Under the pieces are notes generated by a model. The model saw only the letters and a list, made by a program, of their open reading frames with translations, searched no databases and had not been told where the DNA came from. DNA of 64,000 nt from Chiloscyllium plagiosum (Eukaryota): positions 12,156,923 to 12,220,922 of the forward strand of contig NC_057752.1 in NCBI RefSeq assembly GCF_004010195.1, read 5' to 3'. The position numbers and the translations under genes are program-made. This document shows, one piece after another, positions 62,351-64,000 of this stretch. Every line of letters begins with the position of its first letter. Position 1 is the first letter of the stretch.

Positions 62351-62789
62351 TTTCCATCAACAGTATTGTATTCGCAGAAAAACTTACTACAAGCCGACAA
62401 ACTTCTGTAACTATTGTCACGTGTACTCAAGTTTAGGAATACAGGAGTACAGTGAAAAGTGTACAAAATCACCATTCTCCGTCACCATCTTGGTTACAAA
62501 AAACAGAACTTAAAAAAACCCAGCAGAAATAAAAGAAACAGAGCCAAAAAGGAAAGAAAAATGTCCAGATATTAAAGTCCCAACTCAACAAAGGTTTATG
62601 GAGTGCTCAGCTTCCTATGCAGGTACCCAGGCCTAACTGTAGCCTGTAGCCCTTTACTGACTTAGATCACCAGAAGCTTTGCCAGCGCTGCCGCCACCGA
62701 TCGCAGGGAGGATCACAGGGATGTGTGTCACATTTATTTTGACGTCTCCACCTTCAGTACTAGATCTTCTGAATGCCCTTTTCCCCTCA

Positions 62790-63480
62790 TTCATGGCATG
62801 AGGTCTACAGTCAACAATAATGCCCTTAACCTTGCAATTTGCTTACCAGCGCAACAGCTCTCTAGCCTTACACTCATCCCTGTAACATCTGGATATTAAG
62901 GATACCAGTGTCTGGCTTCTAATTATTGACAAGCAACACCAAAACACTATAATCCCAACCAAACTAATCTCCAAATTCCAAGACCCTGGTCTCTGATCCA
63001 CCCTTTGCACCTGGATCCTCGACTTCCTGACCCACAGACTGCAAATCAATGAAGATAGACGATAGTACCTCTTCCATGATAATCTTGAATACTGGTACCC
63101 CACAAGGATGTGTACTCAGTCCCCTACTGGACTCTCTGTACACTCATGACTGTGCGGCCAAATTTCATCTGAACGTCATTTACAGGTTTGCTGGCGACAC
63201 CGCCATTGTAGGCTGGATATGAAACAATGATGAGTCAGAGTACAGGAAAGAGATAGAGTCCTTGGTGGCATGGTATAAAGGTAACAATCTCTCCCTCAAC
63301 GTGAACAAACCTAAAGAGCTGATCATCGACTTTAGGAAGTAAGGAGGAGGACGCGCCATTATCTACATCAATGGAGCTGAAGTGGAGATGGTAGAGAGCA
63401 TCAAGTTCCTAGGAGTAATGATCACCAACAATCTGCCCTGGACCACCCACGTTAATGCAATGGTCAAGAAGGCACAACGG
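62790..63480 (+). mobile_element. Rex1/Babar-type RT fragment
   Basis: TGTPQGCVLSPLL..THDC, VESIKFLGVMITNNLPW..VKKAQ; same family type as 15806-17680. Confidence 0.8.
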
Positions 63481-64000
63481 GGGGATCCAAGATGGCGGCG
63501 ACCCAGCAAGTCTGAGTCTATAGTGCTCCTCCCAAGACTTGGGCAAAGTGGGTCACCCACCCCTACCACACTCACCAAATCATTTAAAATAGTTTTTACT
63601 TAATGTAATTAGTTGTTTAGTATTGAATTTAAAGAATTTAATCTCCAGTAAAAATGACTAAAAGGAAGGGAGCTCTCAGCAGGCAGGAACTCCTCCCCAA
63701 CCCTCTCCGGCTGCAGCAGAGGCGTCCACAGCCGCCCCGGGGGACTTACCTACGGTGGCGAGCCTCGTGGAAATAATCTCTAAACTCGATGTGAAGATTG
63801 ACACTTTTATTGAAGAATCCCGAAGCCGATGGGACTCACTCTCAGCCACGCTGCAAAAGCACGTCTGAGACTTCAAGGAAATCGAGCGCCAAGTCGGAGG
63901 GGCAGAGCTAAAGACCGCGACCTCCGAAACTACAGCACAATCGGCTGTGGATCGGGTCCGACTCTCGAACAGCGAGTCCGGACCTTAGGGAATTACATTG
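63481..64000 (+). mobile_element. Probable L1-clade LINE 5' end (5'UTR and start of ORF1)
   Basis: Abrupt start ggggatccAAGATGGCG (YY1-type motif), ATG at about 63654 followed by CpG-rich coiled-coil-like coding sequence. Confidence 0.55.

Overview
Eukaryotic, repeat-dense vertebrate DNA with three assembly gaps (2586-2796, 39674-39832, 59885-60165). The repeat content (HE1-type V-SINEs, CR1/HER1-type LINEs, a Deu-domain SINE, Penelope remnants) points to a shark or other elasmobranch; this is inference. Only two host coding exons are recognisable: the first coding exon of the vitamin D receptor (VDR, minus strand, 19013-19178) and one isolated 150-bp exon of an ADCY2/4-type adenylate cyclase (plus strand, 1926-2075) on the far side of a gap. 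Almost all listed ORFs are decayed transposon fragments. The most interesting signal is a transposon-on-transposon system. Tx1-clade LINE sequence and non-autonomous partners are repeatedly joined to one site, the TATA box, of a short Gypsy LTR, and they form a three-unit head-to-tail array at 31.9-39.7 kb. One partner is a chimera with an intron-containing tRNA-Arg(TCT) head and a Tx1 tail. Minimal hammerhead ribozyme motifs occur in two Penelope repeat families. All assignments are by eye; no searches were run.
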